The notes: generated by a model from the letters alone, not told the origin. A DNA stretch of 64,000 nt from Bdellovibrionota bacterium (GCA_044347745.1 JBIKUD010000004.1:2132-66131); one strand, 5' to 3'. Shown: positions 12,513 through 22,748, numbered from the stretch's first letter. Made by a program: numbers and translations.

Positions 12513-13070
12513 GAGCTTCGAAATACGGGCAATGGCGTCTGGGCTATCCCAGGCTCTGGGCCCCAATATTCGAACAACAGGCTGTCCGTCATCTGGGTCG
12601 CTTACCATCAATAGTTTGCCGTCTCGCCCTACGATAAAACTTTCGGGAACCCCAGATATTCTATACTTCCCTTTAATTCCACCCTGTTCGTCGACAACAA
12701 TGGGGAAGCTTAGTCCAAAACGGGATTTAAATTGCAAAAGACTTTCAGCGTGATCGTCTACTCCAACGCCGAGGACCACAAACCCCTTTGGCCCAAGCTG
12801 TTCATACAGCCTTTGTAAGGCGGGCAATTCTTCCACGCAGGGGGCACACCAGCTTGCCCAAAAATTAATAAGCACGACCTTGCCAGCGTGTTCACTCAGA
12901 CTTCCAAGTCCAGAACCATCGATGCGAGGAAATTCAATAGGAGGAGGCGAATCGCCGGGGTTAAGCCCCACGCCGACGCCCGTTTGACAGGACGAGAAAG
13001 CAAAAATAATGCAGATAACGAAAAGGGCGAACTGCAAACGCGTCCGCCCTTTCAACACAAGTTGTATCAC
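12504..13070 (-). CDS. TlpA/ResA-like periplasmic thiol:disulfide oxidoreductase (thioredoxin fold)
   Basis: WASWCAPC active site, N-terminal membrane anchor/lipobox (FAFSSCQ). Confidence 0.8.
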   Translation of the reverse strand: MIQLVLKGRTRLQFALFVICIIFAFSSCQTGVGVGLNPGDSPPPIEFPRIDGSGLGSLSEHAGKVVLINFWASWCAPCVEELPALQRLYEQLGPKGFVVLGVGVDDHAESLLQFKSRFGLSFPIVVDEQGGIKGKYRISGVPESFIVGRDGKLLMVSDPDDGQPVVRILGPRAWDSPDAIARISKLLQ

Positions 13071-13075
13071 TTGAA

Positions 13076-13309
13076 CTACTTGCTCGATGGAGCAGGTGCG
13101 TTGGCGTACTTCTTTTTAAAGCGATCTACGCGTCCTTCTACGTCGATAATCTTTTGCTTACCGGAGTAAAATGGATGACAAGCGGAGCAAATAGCAATAC
13201 GAAGCTCAGGTAACACTGAACCAGTCGTAAATACTCCACCGCAACCTGCACAGGTTACTGTAGCTTGATGGTACTGAGGATGAATGCCTTCTTTCATAAC
13301 TGAACTCAA
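13076..13309 (-). CDS. rpmE: 50S ribosomal protein L31
   Basis: MKEGIHPQY...CxxC...[12 protein letters not shown], 77 aa, canonical zinc-ribbon L31. Confidence 0.9.
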   Translation of the reverse strand: MSSVMKEGIHPQYHQATVTCAGCGGVFTTGSVLPELRIAICSACHPFYSGKQKIIDVEGRVDRFKKKYANAPAPSSK

Positions 13310-13414
13310 AATCGAAACGCAAAAATCAAAACTAAGTTGACTAAACTACAGGAACTTATCGTGCCTGTCAATGCGAGCCGGTTGTCAGAGCAATCTGATA
13401 AGCTATGAAAATAA

Positions 13415-13873
13415 TTAACAAAATGCAGCAAGGAACTCCGGGGGAGGATAAATTGACCTGCCCTTGGCTGCATCTAACATCATGGAACTTACCCGAGCTT
13501 CAACCGCTAGCTTTCCCTTCTCGTTCAGGATGTTTTGGGTGAGCAATAAAGCTTTACCGTCCACCTTGGGCTCTGAGCAGTTAACCAGAATTTTCCCGCG
13601 CTTAATTTCCCTTTTATATTTTACCGCAATTGATTCAATCACAAGAAAAATACCTTTCTCAAAAAAGGACTCCTGAGAAAATCCAATTTTTTTCAAATAC
13701 GCCAAGCGCGCCATTTCAAGCAGCCTCACAATATCGGCATGGTGCACATGCTGATACTCAGAGTTGATCCATTTTTCGTCTATGTTTATCTCAAGTTCAA
13801 ATAAATTCACTTTGGGTTCCCCACTACGCATTCTCGAAGCAAACTTGACTGCTATGCATGCCGATAAAGGCAT
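13415..13873 (-). CDS. Hotdog-fold acyl-CoA thioesterase (4HBT family)-like protein
   Basis: Size and layout of 4HBT/YbgC-type thioesterases; true start may be the internal Met (MRSGEPKV). Confidence 0.5.
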   Translation of the reverse strand: MPLSACIAVKFASRMRSGEPKVNLFELEINIDEKWINSEYQHVHHADIVRLLEMARLAYLKKIGFSQESFFEKGIFLVIESIAVKYKREIKRGKILVNCSEPKVDGKALLLTQNILNEKGKLAVEARVSSMMLDAAKGRSIYPPPEFLAAFC

Positions 13874-13971
13874 TATAGTCTTGGAGCAGCAATTATTGTC
13901 CAGCGCCGGAATGGATTCTCTCTGCCATTATTGTCCAGAAACGCTTTTTTCGCAGTTATGAAAGGATTTTC

Positions 13972-15285
13972 ATGAAAACCAATGCGTTTAATCGCCGCAT
14001 CAAAGCTTGTCTCACAATTCTAAAAAGTAGCGTCAATCAAAGCGCACTGCTGCTCTCTTCGCATCCACCCGTCATACGTAGCCATGACACCCATTATCCA
14101 TATAAACAACAAAGCGACTTCTACTATCTGACTGGTTCAGAAATACAGAATTCGGCCCTGCTAATATCGAGTAAGTTAAAACACCCCATACTTTTTGCGC
14201 CTCCGCAAGATGCACACAAGACACTTTGGGAGGGGAAACAACCCAATCCAAAAATATTGGCACAGCAAATAGGAGCAGAGCTTAAAGTAGCGAAGGACAT
14301 GAGAGCGGAAGTGCTTGCGGCGCTTCGTGGGCACGATCAGTTATTGTTTCAGAACATACCGGGAAGTCTTAGTTTCAAAATTACAAGTGAACTTATTGCC
14401 ATACCTTCCTATGCCCGAGGCAATTTACCATCGCAGTTCAGTCACTCCGATGTACTTCTGGAACGCCTACGGCTCTTTAAAGATGCTGAGGAAGTGGAAA
14501 CTATTAGAGCCGCTAACGAGATTACTTCAGAGGCACTTTTGTTTGTAGCGGCAAAAATCCAACCGGGACAATTTGAATATGAAGTAGCGAGAACCCTTGA
14601 GTACATTTTTGGCATGAACAAATGCTCCCCTGCGTTCAATTCTATCATTGCCGCCGGTAAAAACGCAGCCACGCTACACTACGAGGCGCTTAATTCGAGG
14701 ATCGGCAAAAATGATATGGTACTGATTGATTCAGGAGCTCAACTAGATAATTACTGTGCCGACATTACAAGAATGCTCCCCGCCAGCGGGCAATTCAGCC
14801 CAATCCATAAATGCGTCTACGAGACAGTTCTGGCGGCACAATACGCAGCTCTGAAAAAAGTGAGGCACGGGGTGAAAATAGCTGAAGTGTACAACGCGGC
14901 AGCTGAGGTTTTAGTGGAAGGACTCTGCGAGCTAAAGGTGCTGCGTGGCACTCGCAAATCGATTATGAAAAATAAAGCCTTTAAACCCTATTTCCCACAT
15001 GGAATTGGGCATAGCCTAGGGCTTGATGTCCACGACCTCAGTCAATTACGTGGGAACAATGAGGCCGTGCTGGAAGCCGGCATGGTTTTCACTGTTGAAC
15101 CCGGCTTATATTTTGCGAAAGCCCAGGGGCAAGTTCCCGCTTGCGGCGTGCGCTTAGAGGACAATGTACTTGTAACAAACAAAGGCTGCGAAATCTTAAG
15201 TCCAGGGTTCCCTAAAGAGACGGATGAGATTGAGGCGCTAATGGAAGCACATGCGTTCGCCGGGAAAAACCGAGAAACGCTTTAA
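13972..15285 (+). CDS. Xaa-Pro aminopeptidase (M24B family)
   Basis: M24 metal-ligand motifs ([15 protein letters not shown]; [13 protein letters not shown]; EPGLY) with N-terminal creatinase-like domain; last ~14 codons and the stop lie inside repeat-element copy 1. Confidence 0.85.
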   Translation: MKTNAFNRRIKACLTILKSSVNQSALLLSSHPPVIRSHDTHYPYKQQSDFYYLTGSEIQNSALLISSKLKHPILFAPPQDAHKTLWEGKQPNPKILAQQIGAELKVAKDMRAEVLAALRGHDQLLFQNIPGSLSFKITSELIAIPSYARGNLPSQFSHSDVLLERLRLFKDAEEVETIRAANEITSEALLFVAAKIQPGQFEYEVARTLEYIFGMNKCSPAFNSIIAAGKNAATLHYEALNSRIGKNDMVLIDSGAQLDNYCADITRMLPASGQFSPIHKCVYETVLAAQYAALKKVRHGVKIAEVYNAAAEVLVEGLCELKVLRGTRKSIMKNKAFKPYFPHGIGHSLGLDVHDLSQLRGNNEAVLEAGMVFTVEPGLYFAKAQGQVPACGVRLEDNVLVTNKGCEILSPGFPKETDEIEALMEAHAFAGKNRETL

Positions 15286-15739
15286 ATTGCCGGAAGTTGA
15301 GCTCGTAAGGAGCCCAAAATAATTGCAAGGGCAAATCGATTTCGAGCTCAATTCCTTTCAATTATTCAATCGTTTTAAATATGCCCACCCCAGCCGCGCC
15401 ATGCGCGGCTCCCCTGAAAGGGGTGTGCGTTCATACTTTGTTCCGAAGCTCGGGACCTTATTGCGAGGTGCCTCTACGGCAGGAAAGCATTCGGCCCACA
15501 GAAGGACTCACGAAAATAGCCAGTAAGCGAGGCCTAGCGAAACTTGAGCGAGGCAAGGATGCAGGGTCAAAAAGCGCGGAGCTGTATCTATTTGGGATAC
15601 AGCGAGCACATTTTGCCCCGAAGACGCAGCATCGCTCGAGTAGCAGCAGGCCGTAGCTCTGGATATTATTGTGAGCCCTTCTATACTTCGCGCCTCGTCT
15701 GAACGCATTTTGCCGACGAACAGAAACATAAAAGAGCTG
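15254..15739 (-). repeat. Copy 1 of a 4-copy structured repeat element (minus orientation), with ~190-nt internal expansion in hairpin 1
   Basis: Shares GCGTTCAGACGAGGCGCGA...GGAACAAAGTATGAACGC core (rc at 15427-15706) and terminal sequences nearly identical to copy 4 (15254-15300 rc vs 61846-61890; 15700-15730 rc vs 61647-61680). Confidence 0.8.
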
Positions 15740-15771
15740 CGTTTGCCTTAAGACTTTGCCAAAACTAAATT

Positions 15772-17499
15772 CTACACGGTGAGCACATGCGCAATAATCT
15801 TCTTTCTAAACTCCTCGAAGCCAACTCTCTTGAGCGCCGAAACTGCTACTGCATCATACTGTGCTGATAGATTTGCCACGATCGCTGGATCTTGAGCATC
15901 AATTTTATTAAGCACGTTCACTATGGGAGTATTTCCAAGCTCCATAGTTTGTAGCGTCGCTTCAACCGCAGCTTTCTTTTCAGCTACTTCGGGGTCAGAG
16001 GCATCCAGCACGTGCACTAAAACCGCAGCATCGTATAGTTCCTCAAGCGTGGCTCGAAATGCCGTGCGAAGTTCTTCAGGTAAATCGCGGATAAAACCTA
16101 CGGTATCGGAGAGAATAACGGGAGCTAATGTTACCTGCCCTTCTGGTCCGATTTGATTGAGGGTTATGCGCCGCTGTGCCGGATCAAGGGTGGCAAATAA
16201 TTTATTCTCAGCAAGTACCGTGCTTTGGGTTAAAGCATTAAAAAAGGTACTTTTACCTACGTTGGTGTACCCAAGAATTGCCACAAGCGGGACTCCCCGA
16301 TCCTGACGTTTACTTCTTCTGAGGTGGCGTTGCTCCCCAAGCTTATCTATTCGTCGTTCTAGGTCGACGATACGATCACGAATGCGTCTGCGGCCAATTT
16401 CTAATTTTGTTTCACCTGGTCCCCGACCACCAATTCCACCACTCAAGCGCGAAAGCCCAGTATCTTTTTCAACGAGACGAGGCAGATTGTACTTAAGCTG
16501 GGCAAGCTCAACCTGCAAGCGACCTTCGCTACTCGTCGCTCGTTGAGCGAAAATATCCAAAATGAGCATGCTCCGGTCAATAACTTTAAGATCAGTCATT
16601 TTGGTAATAATGCGCCATTGTCCTGGCTTTAGTTCTCCGTCAAATATGAGCATTTCAGCGCCAAGGGCGAGACAACGGAGTACCACTTGCTCCAATTTGC
16701 CCTTACCGAGGAGCGATCGAGGATCGGGGGTTCGTCGCTGCACAAAGGTATCGACGATGGCAACTCCCGCAGTGCGGGCCAGCTCACGCAGTTCAAGCAT
16801 CGAACTTTCAACCGCTTTCGCCGATTTTTCGTAGACACCAACGAGTACTGCTTTGACTCCCTGCACCTCTTTTGCGCTTGATTGCATCGCCTGAAGCTCG
16901 GCTTCAAGCTCTGCCAAAAACTCAGCGCAATTAAACTCAAAGCGACCTAAATCTGGAACTTTTTCGGTGCGTGAAAGGGGGTCGGCTTCAAGCCCAGGGG
17001 GAACTATGTAGGCATAAGCCATGCTCGTTTTTTTCTCGTCCCCTTTCAACGAAACTACCATATCAAGGCGCAGCTTATGCAAATCGGTGAAATGGTCTTG
17101 AGGGATTTGAGGTTCAGAAGTACTCGTTGACAAATCACTAAACAAGAGTCGCAGGCGTCGCAGGCGTCCGGGCCCTAATCGGTAACGTCCCAAATCAGGA
17201 AGATACAAAATTTCGCGTGAACCAATAAAAACCTCCTCTACTCGCCCCTCGCGAGAAACAAGCATACCGATGCGGCGTTTTATGGTGTGTGCGGCGCGCA
17301 AAATTTCACGTGCTACATCCAACGGCACAATCTCATCGCTTGAAAAACGACGGGAAAATAACTTTTGCACCATGCGAATTTCGCTTGGACTAAGTCCTTT
17401 GGTATTACCTTCAATATTCTGTGACATATTATTTTGAGCGTCCTTTTTTGAGGCTGGCCGAACGGGCATTCTAGTCGCGGCTTCAAATAAGCCAAGCAA
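15772..17499 (-). CDS. hflX: GTPase HflX with long N-terminal extension
   Basis: HflX N-domain and G-domain (GYTNVGKSTFFNALT, DTVGF); 575 aa vs ~430 typical. Confidence 0.85.
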   Translation of the reverse strand: MLGLFEAATRMPVRPASKKDAQNNMSQNIEGNTKGLSPSEIRMVQKLFSRRFSSDEIVPLDVAREILRAAHTIKRRIGMLVSREGRVEEVFIGSREILYLPDLGRYRLGPGRLRRLRLLFSDLSTSTSEPQIPQDHFTDLHKLRLDMVVSLKGDEKKTSMAYAYIVPPGLEADPLSRTEKVPDLGRFEFNCAEFLAELEAELQAMQSSAKEVQGVKAVLVGVYEKSAKAVESSMLELRELARTAGVAIVDTFVQRRTPDPRSLLGKGKLEQVVLRCLALGAEMLIFDGELKPGQWRIITKMTDLKVIDRSMLILDIFAQRATSSEGRLQVELAQLKYNLPRLVEKDTGLSRLSGGIGGRGPGETKLEIGRRRIRDRIVDLERRIDKLGEQRHLRRSKRQDRGVPLVAILGYTNVGKSTFFNALTQSTVLAENKLFATLDPAQRRITLNQIGPEGQVTLAPVILSDTVGFIRDLPEELRTAFRATLEELYDAAVLVHVLDASDPEVAEKKAAVEATLQTMELGNTPIVNVLNKIDAQDPAIVANLSAQYDAVAVSALKRVGFEEFRKKIIAHVLTV

Positions 17500-17578
17500 G
17501 AACTCCGCAATATCAGCATCTTAGCTCTGCTTTTGCTTTTCTAAGATACGAGCCGCATCAAGCTGACTTTCTTACATT

Positions 17579-18652
17579 TTGTTGAGGCTCTACAATAGCG
17601 CGCAGTTAAGTAAAAGACCACTTTCCGTTCTGTTTCCCTTACCGTGGAGGCGCTTTGTGTTAAGTCTTCGCTTTAAACCAGTTAATGCCGATCATGGGCT
17701 CGAAACCCGTGCTCTTGTAGCTCTTTTTGAAGAAAGCCATGGAGCCAGCTATCCCTATCCCGAGGTGTATAACGAACATTTTTGGAAGACTCGAATAAAC
17801 AGAGATTTTACAAGTCTTGTAGCGCTACAAAAAAACAAAATAGTTGCTCACATTGGATTGCGATTTGAAGCGCAGGGGCGTGCCGATGCGCATCTTCTCT
17901 TTATTGCCATTCACCCAGAATGGAGCACACAGGCCGGTGAAATACTTAATCAACTTTGGCAACTCGGCGCAAATTGCCGACGTTGGCCAGAAGTGTATGG
18001 CATTCATTGCGCCATGCCTTTTCCGCATCAGGCAATCGACGAGTTTCTCTCTGACGTAATTGGACTTCGCTTTGTTTCTCTGCTACCGCAATACGGCAAA
18101 ACGGAAAGTGGAAGACATACTCTGGCTCTTTACTCTCGTGCAAAACAGCATCCGTTGCCAGCGCCAAAAATGCGAATTCCTCAAGCTCTGAGCGAGTATG
18201 CCCAAAAGGTGTATGCACAGTTTGGAATTACTCCCGAATTTGTATCCAACACCAAGCCTCAGCTTCGGGCAATTTCAGCCGATGTACAGGCCGTAGAGCA
18301 GGTGTGTAACCACTCACTCGGTGTTGAGCAATTGCTTATATCTCCCTCCTTAGCGAAGGCTCAACTTGAACTTTCCGATAGTAGTTTGAGAAAGATTTTG
18401 TACATCGATGCTCGAGATCCACTCTGTAGTGAGGTCATTACTGAAGCTGAAGAGAAAGGGTATTCATTTAGTGGCTTCGCGCCGTTCCTGCGCGGCAGAC
18501 ATTATGTGGTAATGGGCTCACATCCGGTACTTGAGCAAGCTTCGGATATTTCAAATTCGGCCCTTGCGCCTATTTTTGCAAGTCGAGGATCGCGAGCGCA
18601 GCCTTCACCGAAAAATCGAGGCCAAACTTCAAGACAAGCTATAGCAATTTAA
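17579..18652 (+). CDS. Hypothetical protein, possibly GNAT-fold acyltransferase-like; start uncertain
   Basis: ORF with weak GNAT-like core (IVAHIGLRF...LLFIAIHPEW); no strong motif. Confidence 0.35.
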   Translation: MLRLYNSAQLSKRPLSVLFPLPWRRFVLSLRFKPVNADHGLETRALVALFEESHGASYPYPEVYNEHFWKTRINRDFTSLVALQKNKIVAHIGLRFEAQGRADAHLLFIAIHPEWSTQAGEILNQLWQLGANCRRWPEVYGIHCAMPFPHQAIDEFLSDVIGLRFVSLLPQYGKTESGRHTLALYSRAKQHPLPAPKMRIPQALSEYAQKVYAQFGITPEFVSNTKPQLRAISADVQAVEQVCNHSLGVEQLLISPSLAKAQLELSDSSLRKILYIDARDPLCSEVITEAEEKGYSFSGFAPFLRGRHYVVMGSHPVLEQASDISNSALAPIFASRGSRAQPSPKNRGQTSRQAIAI

Positions 18653-20028
18653 GCCCGACATACTACTTCGCAGGCATCGACAATATTTTTTGCAATCTCG
18701 GGATTTGACCCGAAATGTAAGAAATGGAAGCTGCTTAATACTTGGGCTGAAGGTGAATGCCCTTCATGCTGTGCAGTGGGGCCCACTCCGGTGAAACGCA
18801 ATGCTTTTACGTCCCGCTCCTCATTAGTCAAGCGCCAGTCTGCTGTTTTAATACCTTTTATTATCAGCCCAACACGCCCGAGGACTGATTCTTCAACCGA
18901 GACCGCTTCGACATAGCCGAATTGAGATACAGCACTAATTGCCAATCCTGAACATAAGCCCACACCGTCAAATACCTGCCCGGAGGATGTTTTGAATTGC
19001 CTACATAAATATGCTGAGCCAGCCCCTTCTGAATAAACCACCCCTCCGCTGTCAGCAAACTGAGCAATCGATTCTCTCATGCTCTGATTATCTGCAAGAG
19101 CTGCTGCGTATTCTTCTAAAAAACATCCGGGAATATAAAGCCCGCCAATATGTCCGGGGAGGTGATCATCCGCAAGCGGAGAAAAGGGCACAATTTCGGC
19201 TCCATAATAGCGCAGCAATTCAAGGTTGTCCTGAAAGAGCAGGCTAAAACAACCGTCATCGGCAACCGCAATGCGAGTTCTGCGGCTTAGAGGCGCATGC
19301 GAATATTCAGTAATACGGATCGCTGTGGCATGCGTAGCGGCCTCAACTATGGCATCCACATCGACATGCTTTGAAACGAGGCTTCCCACATCCATCAGAA
19401 ATTGACGGCTCAATGCTTCGCAGGTTCGTGACTGAGATAACGGCATGTTTGGAAGCTGGCAATGAATCTGGGGTAAAATTCCCAAAGTAGCTTGCTGCCC
19501 GAGGGCGCGTAGTGCTTCATCGTAGCCTTCCTCATTCAAGATAGAGTCCGGGGCAAAATTATTCAGCAAGAGACCACTCACCTGAAAACCCTGCGCCGCT
19601 AATTGATAGCCGCGATATAAGGCGGCCAAACTGGCTCCAAACCCACCTGGATCTACCACCAATATAACGGGAGTGTGAAGTGCGGCTGCGTACTCCGCAG
19701 GCGAACCACGCAAAGCGCCGGGCTGAATCCCATCGTAAAGCCCCACAGCCCCACCATCAATCAGAAGTAGCTCTGCGCCGACACAGGCCTGATAGGTGCT
19801 GACTAAAATTTGGCCAGGAGCGAGCAAACGCTCATCACATATTCTCACATTGCGACCGATGACTCGCCTGAGCATAGTCGCAAAAGAAAGATTTGGGGCT
19901 ATGAGCGCCATGGACAACGCCAGGCCCCTACGCTTCATCTCTAAGGCCAAAGCGAGCGTCATGAGGCTGCAATTTGCCTGCGGCCCAGCTCCAGCTAATA
20001 CAATTCTCGAAGTATGGAGATTCTCCAT
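18649..20028 (-). CDS. CbiA/CobB-like protein (cobyrinic acid a,c-diamide synthase family), apparently degenerate
   Basis: Two-domain layout (CobQ/CobB/MinD-type NTPase domain + C-terminal GATase-3 domain with GLYIPGCFLEEYA...VYSEGAGSAYL) but Walker A replaced by GAGPQANCS and expected catalytic Cys position reads G. Confidence 0.55.
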   Translation of the reverse strand: MENLHTSRIVLAGAGPQANCSLMTLALALEMKRRGLALSMALIAPNLSFATMLRRVIGRNVRICDERLLAPGQILVSTYQACVGAELLLIDGGAVGLYDGIQPGALRGSPAEYAAALHTPVILVVDPGGFGASLAALYRGYQLAAQGFQVSGLLLNNFAPDSILNEEGYDEALRALGQQATLGILPQIHCQLPNMPLSQSRTCEALSRQFLMDVGSLVSKHVDVDAIVEAATHATAIRITEYSHAPLSRRTRIAVADDGCFSLLFQDNLELLRYYGAEIVPFSPLADDHLPGHIGGLYIPGCFLEEYAAALADNQSMRESIAQFADSGGVVYSEGAGSAYLCRQFKTSSGQVFDGVGLCSGLAISAVSQFGYVEAVSVEESVLGRVGLIIKGIKTADWRLTNEERDVKALRFTGVGPTAQHEGHSPSAQVLSSFHFLHFGSNPEIAKNIVDACEVVCRA

Positions 20029-20201
20029 GCGTAGTAACTCTTAGTCTATTAATGGAGCCTTTCGCCGAACCAAAGAAGAGGCCCTTCGTTCGGTAATTAA
20101 AAAAACCTAAAGCGCCAACACGTATATCGGCAGAATAGGCGGTTAAACTTAAACGCCAGCTCTAAGTGTCGATTTTAAACGCTTTTGCTCTCTCTTGTGT
20201 A

Positions 20202-21368
20202 TTAACGCCGGCGTAAAACGAGGGATCTATTTCGTTGAGAAACTTTCCTCTGGTCTCTCTCAGCTTGAGCGCCTTTGAGTCGCGCCTCAGGCTCTTTGGA
20301 TACCAAAATACACTCCGCTTCCCAGTATTGGCTCAAATTTGCGTTTACATACGCCATAAGTTCTTCATCAAGGTCAATAAGCTGACTTCCAATCTTAAGC
20401 CCCTTAAGAACCAAGACCGCACGCCCGCCACGTGACACAACGCGCGCGAGCTCAAAGAGACTTTCGCTCATAAATTCAAGCCAACACCCAAGTGTTTGCC
20501 AAGACTGATGCCGAGCCGAAACCTCCTTGGCCTGAATCCCCGAAAACCACAGACGCAACCAAAGGTCCTCGGCGGGATTACTCGTAACAGGGATTGGCGG
20601 TGCAGTGACCACAAGACTTACGCCAGGTCGCGAAATAAAATTAAGATTACGCGCATCGGCGCTTACGAAGCGCCCTTTCTGAGCACCTTGACGAGCCGCA
20701 CTAGGCACCCCATCACGCAACAAGGACGCGGTTCTTCTAAGAATTCTTGGAACAACTGCACGATAATCCGGAGCCTGGTTACGTTTGCGGTTCAGCTCCT
20801 TTTGCATCTCTGGTCTTAAAGAAATTTGAGGAAACGTATAAACCGAAAATGCGCCCGCGCTCGGACCGTGCAAGAGACTCTGGGATATAAGCTCGATGAA
20901 ACGGGCCACCGGGGTGCCAGTCTCGTGGACCCAATCACGAAGCTGCACAAGCTCTCTAAAGGTAGCTACGTCATAAAAATGACTAAAATATTCGGCATAC
21001 ACTTTTAGGTCCATGGGGCGCCTGAGCTGTAGACCCTGCAGCGCCAAAGTGACTTCAGTAAGATCGCTTGGACTGGTTTTTGCCTCCGCCATTCGAGCAA
21101 AAAAAGGATTAGGATCGCTAGCGTATGGAATGCGACCACGCAATGCGGCTTCAAGCGGAATAGCTCCAGTTCCGCAAAATGGGTCGAGAACTATTTCACC
21201 TTTCTTCGAAAAACGCTCAATAAAATACTGAGCAAGCTCAGGCGGGCAGCCTTCCGTAATCGGCAATGAATAATGCAGTGAGTGCTCCGACCCATTTGCT
21301 GACGCAGCCAACTCCAATTCCTTACGGTAGAAGGGAGTATTTTCAACTAACTGAAGTGCGGATCGCAT
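20202..21368 (-). CDS. Putative SAM-dependent methyltransferase (RlmL/UPF0020-like motif I, no THUMP domain)
   Basis: LDPFCGTGAIPLEAALRG resembles DPMCGSGT..IEAA motif I of N6-adenine/m2G methylases; downstream VVTAPPIP in place of NPPY. Confidence 0.5.
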   Translation of the reverse strand: MRSALQLVENTPFYRKELELAASANGSEHSLHYSLPITEGCPPELAQYFIERFSKKGEIVLDPFCGTGAIPLEAALRGRIPYASDPNPFFARMAEAKTSPSDLTEVTLALQGLQLRRPMDLKVYAEYFSHFYDVATFRELVQLRDWVHETGTPVARFIELISQSLLHGPSAGAFSVYTFPQISLRPEMQKELNRKRNQAPDYRAVVPRILRRTASLLRDGVPSAARQGAQKGRFVSADARNLNFISRPGVSLVVTAPPIPVTSNPAEDLWLRLWFSGIQAKEVSARHQSWQTLGCWLEFMSESLFELARVVSRGGRAVLVLKGLKIGSQLIDLDEELMAYVNANLSQYWEAECILVSKEPEARLKGAQAERDQRKVSQRNRSLVLRRR

Positions 21369-21507
21369 GAGCCAGAACCTCGTAAATTTCGACGTTATTG
21401 CCTCACTATAATCTCAGGTGAGATCTCTGGCTATGGGGAATTTTCGTGTACTCTCAATTACTTACAAACACCGATCTATTCTGAGCTAAGTTTTTGATTT
21501 GCTTACA

Positions 21508-22695
21508 TCAAGGCTGGGAAAACTCTTTAACGTTATTCTGAGCTGCCTTTAATGAAGGGTCCAAACGGACCGCTGCTTTAAATTCTCGAGCCGCTTCATC
21601 GGGTTTACCAATTCGCTGATAGAGCACACCAAGATTGTTATGCGCTGAAGCGTCCGAGGCATCCAACTCAATCGCCTTTTGCAGCGCGGCTTCAGCCTCT
21701 TTATATTTGCCTAACTCAAGCCTGGCCCAACCAAGCACTCCATGCGCCCAGGCATTCGTTGAGTCGATAGCCAAGGCCTTGAGCACTACCTCTTCGGCTA
21801 AACTTTCTTGGCGTTTATTAATGAGCACAACTGCTAAATTTACCTGAGTGGCTACATTCTGCTTATCAAGCTGCACGGCCTTACGCAGCGCCAACTCCGC
21901 CTTATCGAGATCTCCAAGCTTCTCATAAACAACTCCCAGTGCCTGCTGCGCTTCAGCATGCTCGGGACTAATGCGAGTGAGCCGAGAAAGAAACTGCTGT
22001 GCCTTATCATATTGACCAAGCCGTTGCGCCGTTAATCCCGCATAAAGTAATGCATCTTTATGCTGCGCATCTATTGCGAGACAGTTCTCATAGGCCGCCA
22101 ATGCGTCCTCAAATCTTTGAAGACGTTCATACAAAACGCCAAGATTATAAAGCGTGATGCTGGACTTATCATCTAAGGCTTTCGCCTTTATTAAATAACC
22201 AACCGCCGCATCAAGATCGCCTTCCCGTTCTGTGCTCAGTGCCAACCCCTGCAGTCCAGGCACCAAACGTGCATCAAGCTCTACAGCCTTAGAAAAAGCT
22301 TGTTTTGCGGCTGCGTTATTCTGAAGCTCAAGATTCACTCGCCCGACCGCAATATAAAAAGCCACATCCTCTTTTAAAGACGCTGCCTTATTAAATGACT
22401 CAAGTGCCAAGGTATGTTCGTTCCTTCGCGAGAGCAGCACGCCCAAATTGTGGTGAGCTTCTGCCATGCCGGGACAGGTACTAATGGCGTCTCGATATAA
22501 TTTTTCTTCCTGAGCCGAGCTATCTCCGAGCGCGACACCCTGCTTAACCAATCGCCCCGCCGCCACGCAGTCAGTTTGAGCATCGGCCGCAGCAGCAAGG
22601 AGCAGCGTGAAACAACCACCTAAAATTGGTGCCGTCAAACACGTTGCGATTTTATGACGACTGAAGCGAAGAGAAAAAAGCCAGCAAGGTTGCAT
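21508..22695 (-). CDS. Secreted tetratricopeptide-repeat protein
   Basis: Signal peptide then ~10 consecutive 34-aa TPR units (A..A..YYNLG.. periodicity). Confidence 0.75.
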   Translation of the reverse strand: MQPCWLFSLRFSRHKIATCLTAPILGGCFTLLLAAAADAQTDCVAAGRLVKQGVALGDSSAQEEKLYRDAISTCPGMAEAHHNLGVLLSRRNEHTLALESFNKAASLKEDVAFYIAVGRVNLELQNNAAAKQAFSKAVELDARLVPGLQGLALSTEREGDLDAAVGYLIKAKALDDKSSITLYNLGVLYERLQRFEDALAAYENCLAIDAQHKDALLYAGLTAQRLGQYDKAQQFLSRLTRISPEHAEAQQALGVVYEKLGDLDKAELALRKAVQLDKQNVATQVNLAVVLINKRQESLAEEVVLKALAIDSTNAWAHGVLGWARLELGKYKEAEAALQKAIELDASDASAHNNLGVLYQRIGKPDEAAREFKAAVRLDPSLKAAQNNVKEFSQP

Positions 22696-22748
22696 ACAAA
22701 AAAACTTAGAAGACTTGATACGCAGCTCTAGTATAAGACCGGTTTTTG

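Noticed and set aside
12245-12592. 115-aa minus-strand ORF in the gap after the secreted protein
   Set aside because: Low-complexity Ser/Pro/Gly-rich translation. It overlaps the more ordinary-looking plus-strand 84-aa ORF and the 3' end of the TlpA-like gene, so it is likely a spurious antisense ORF.
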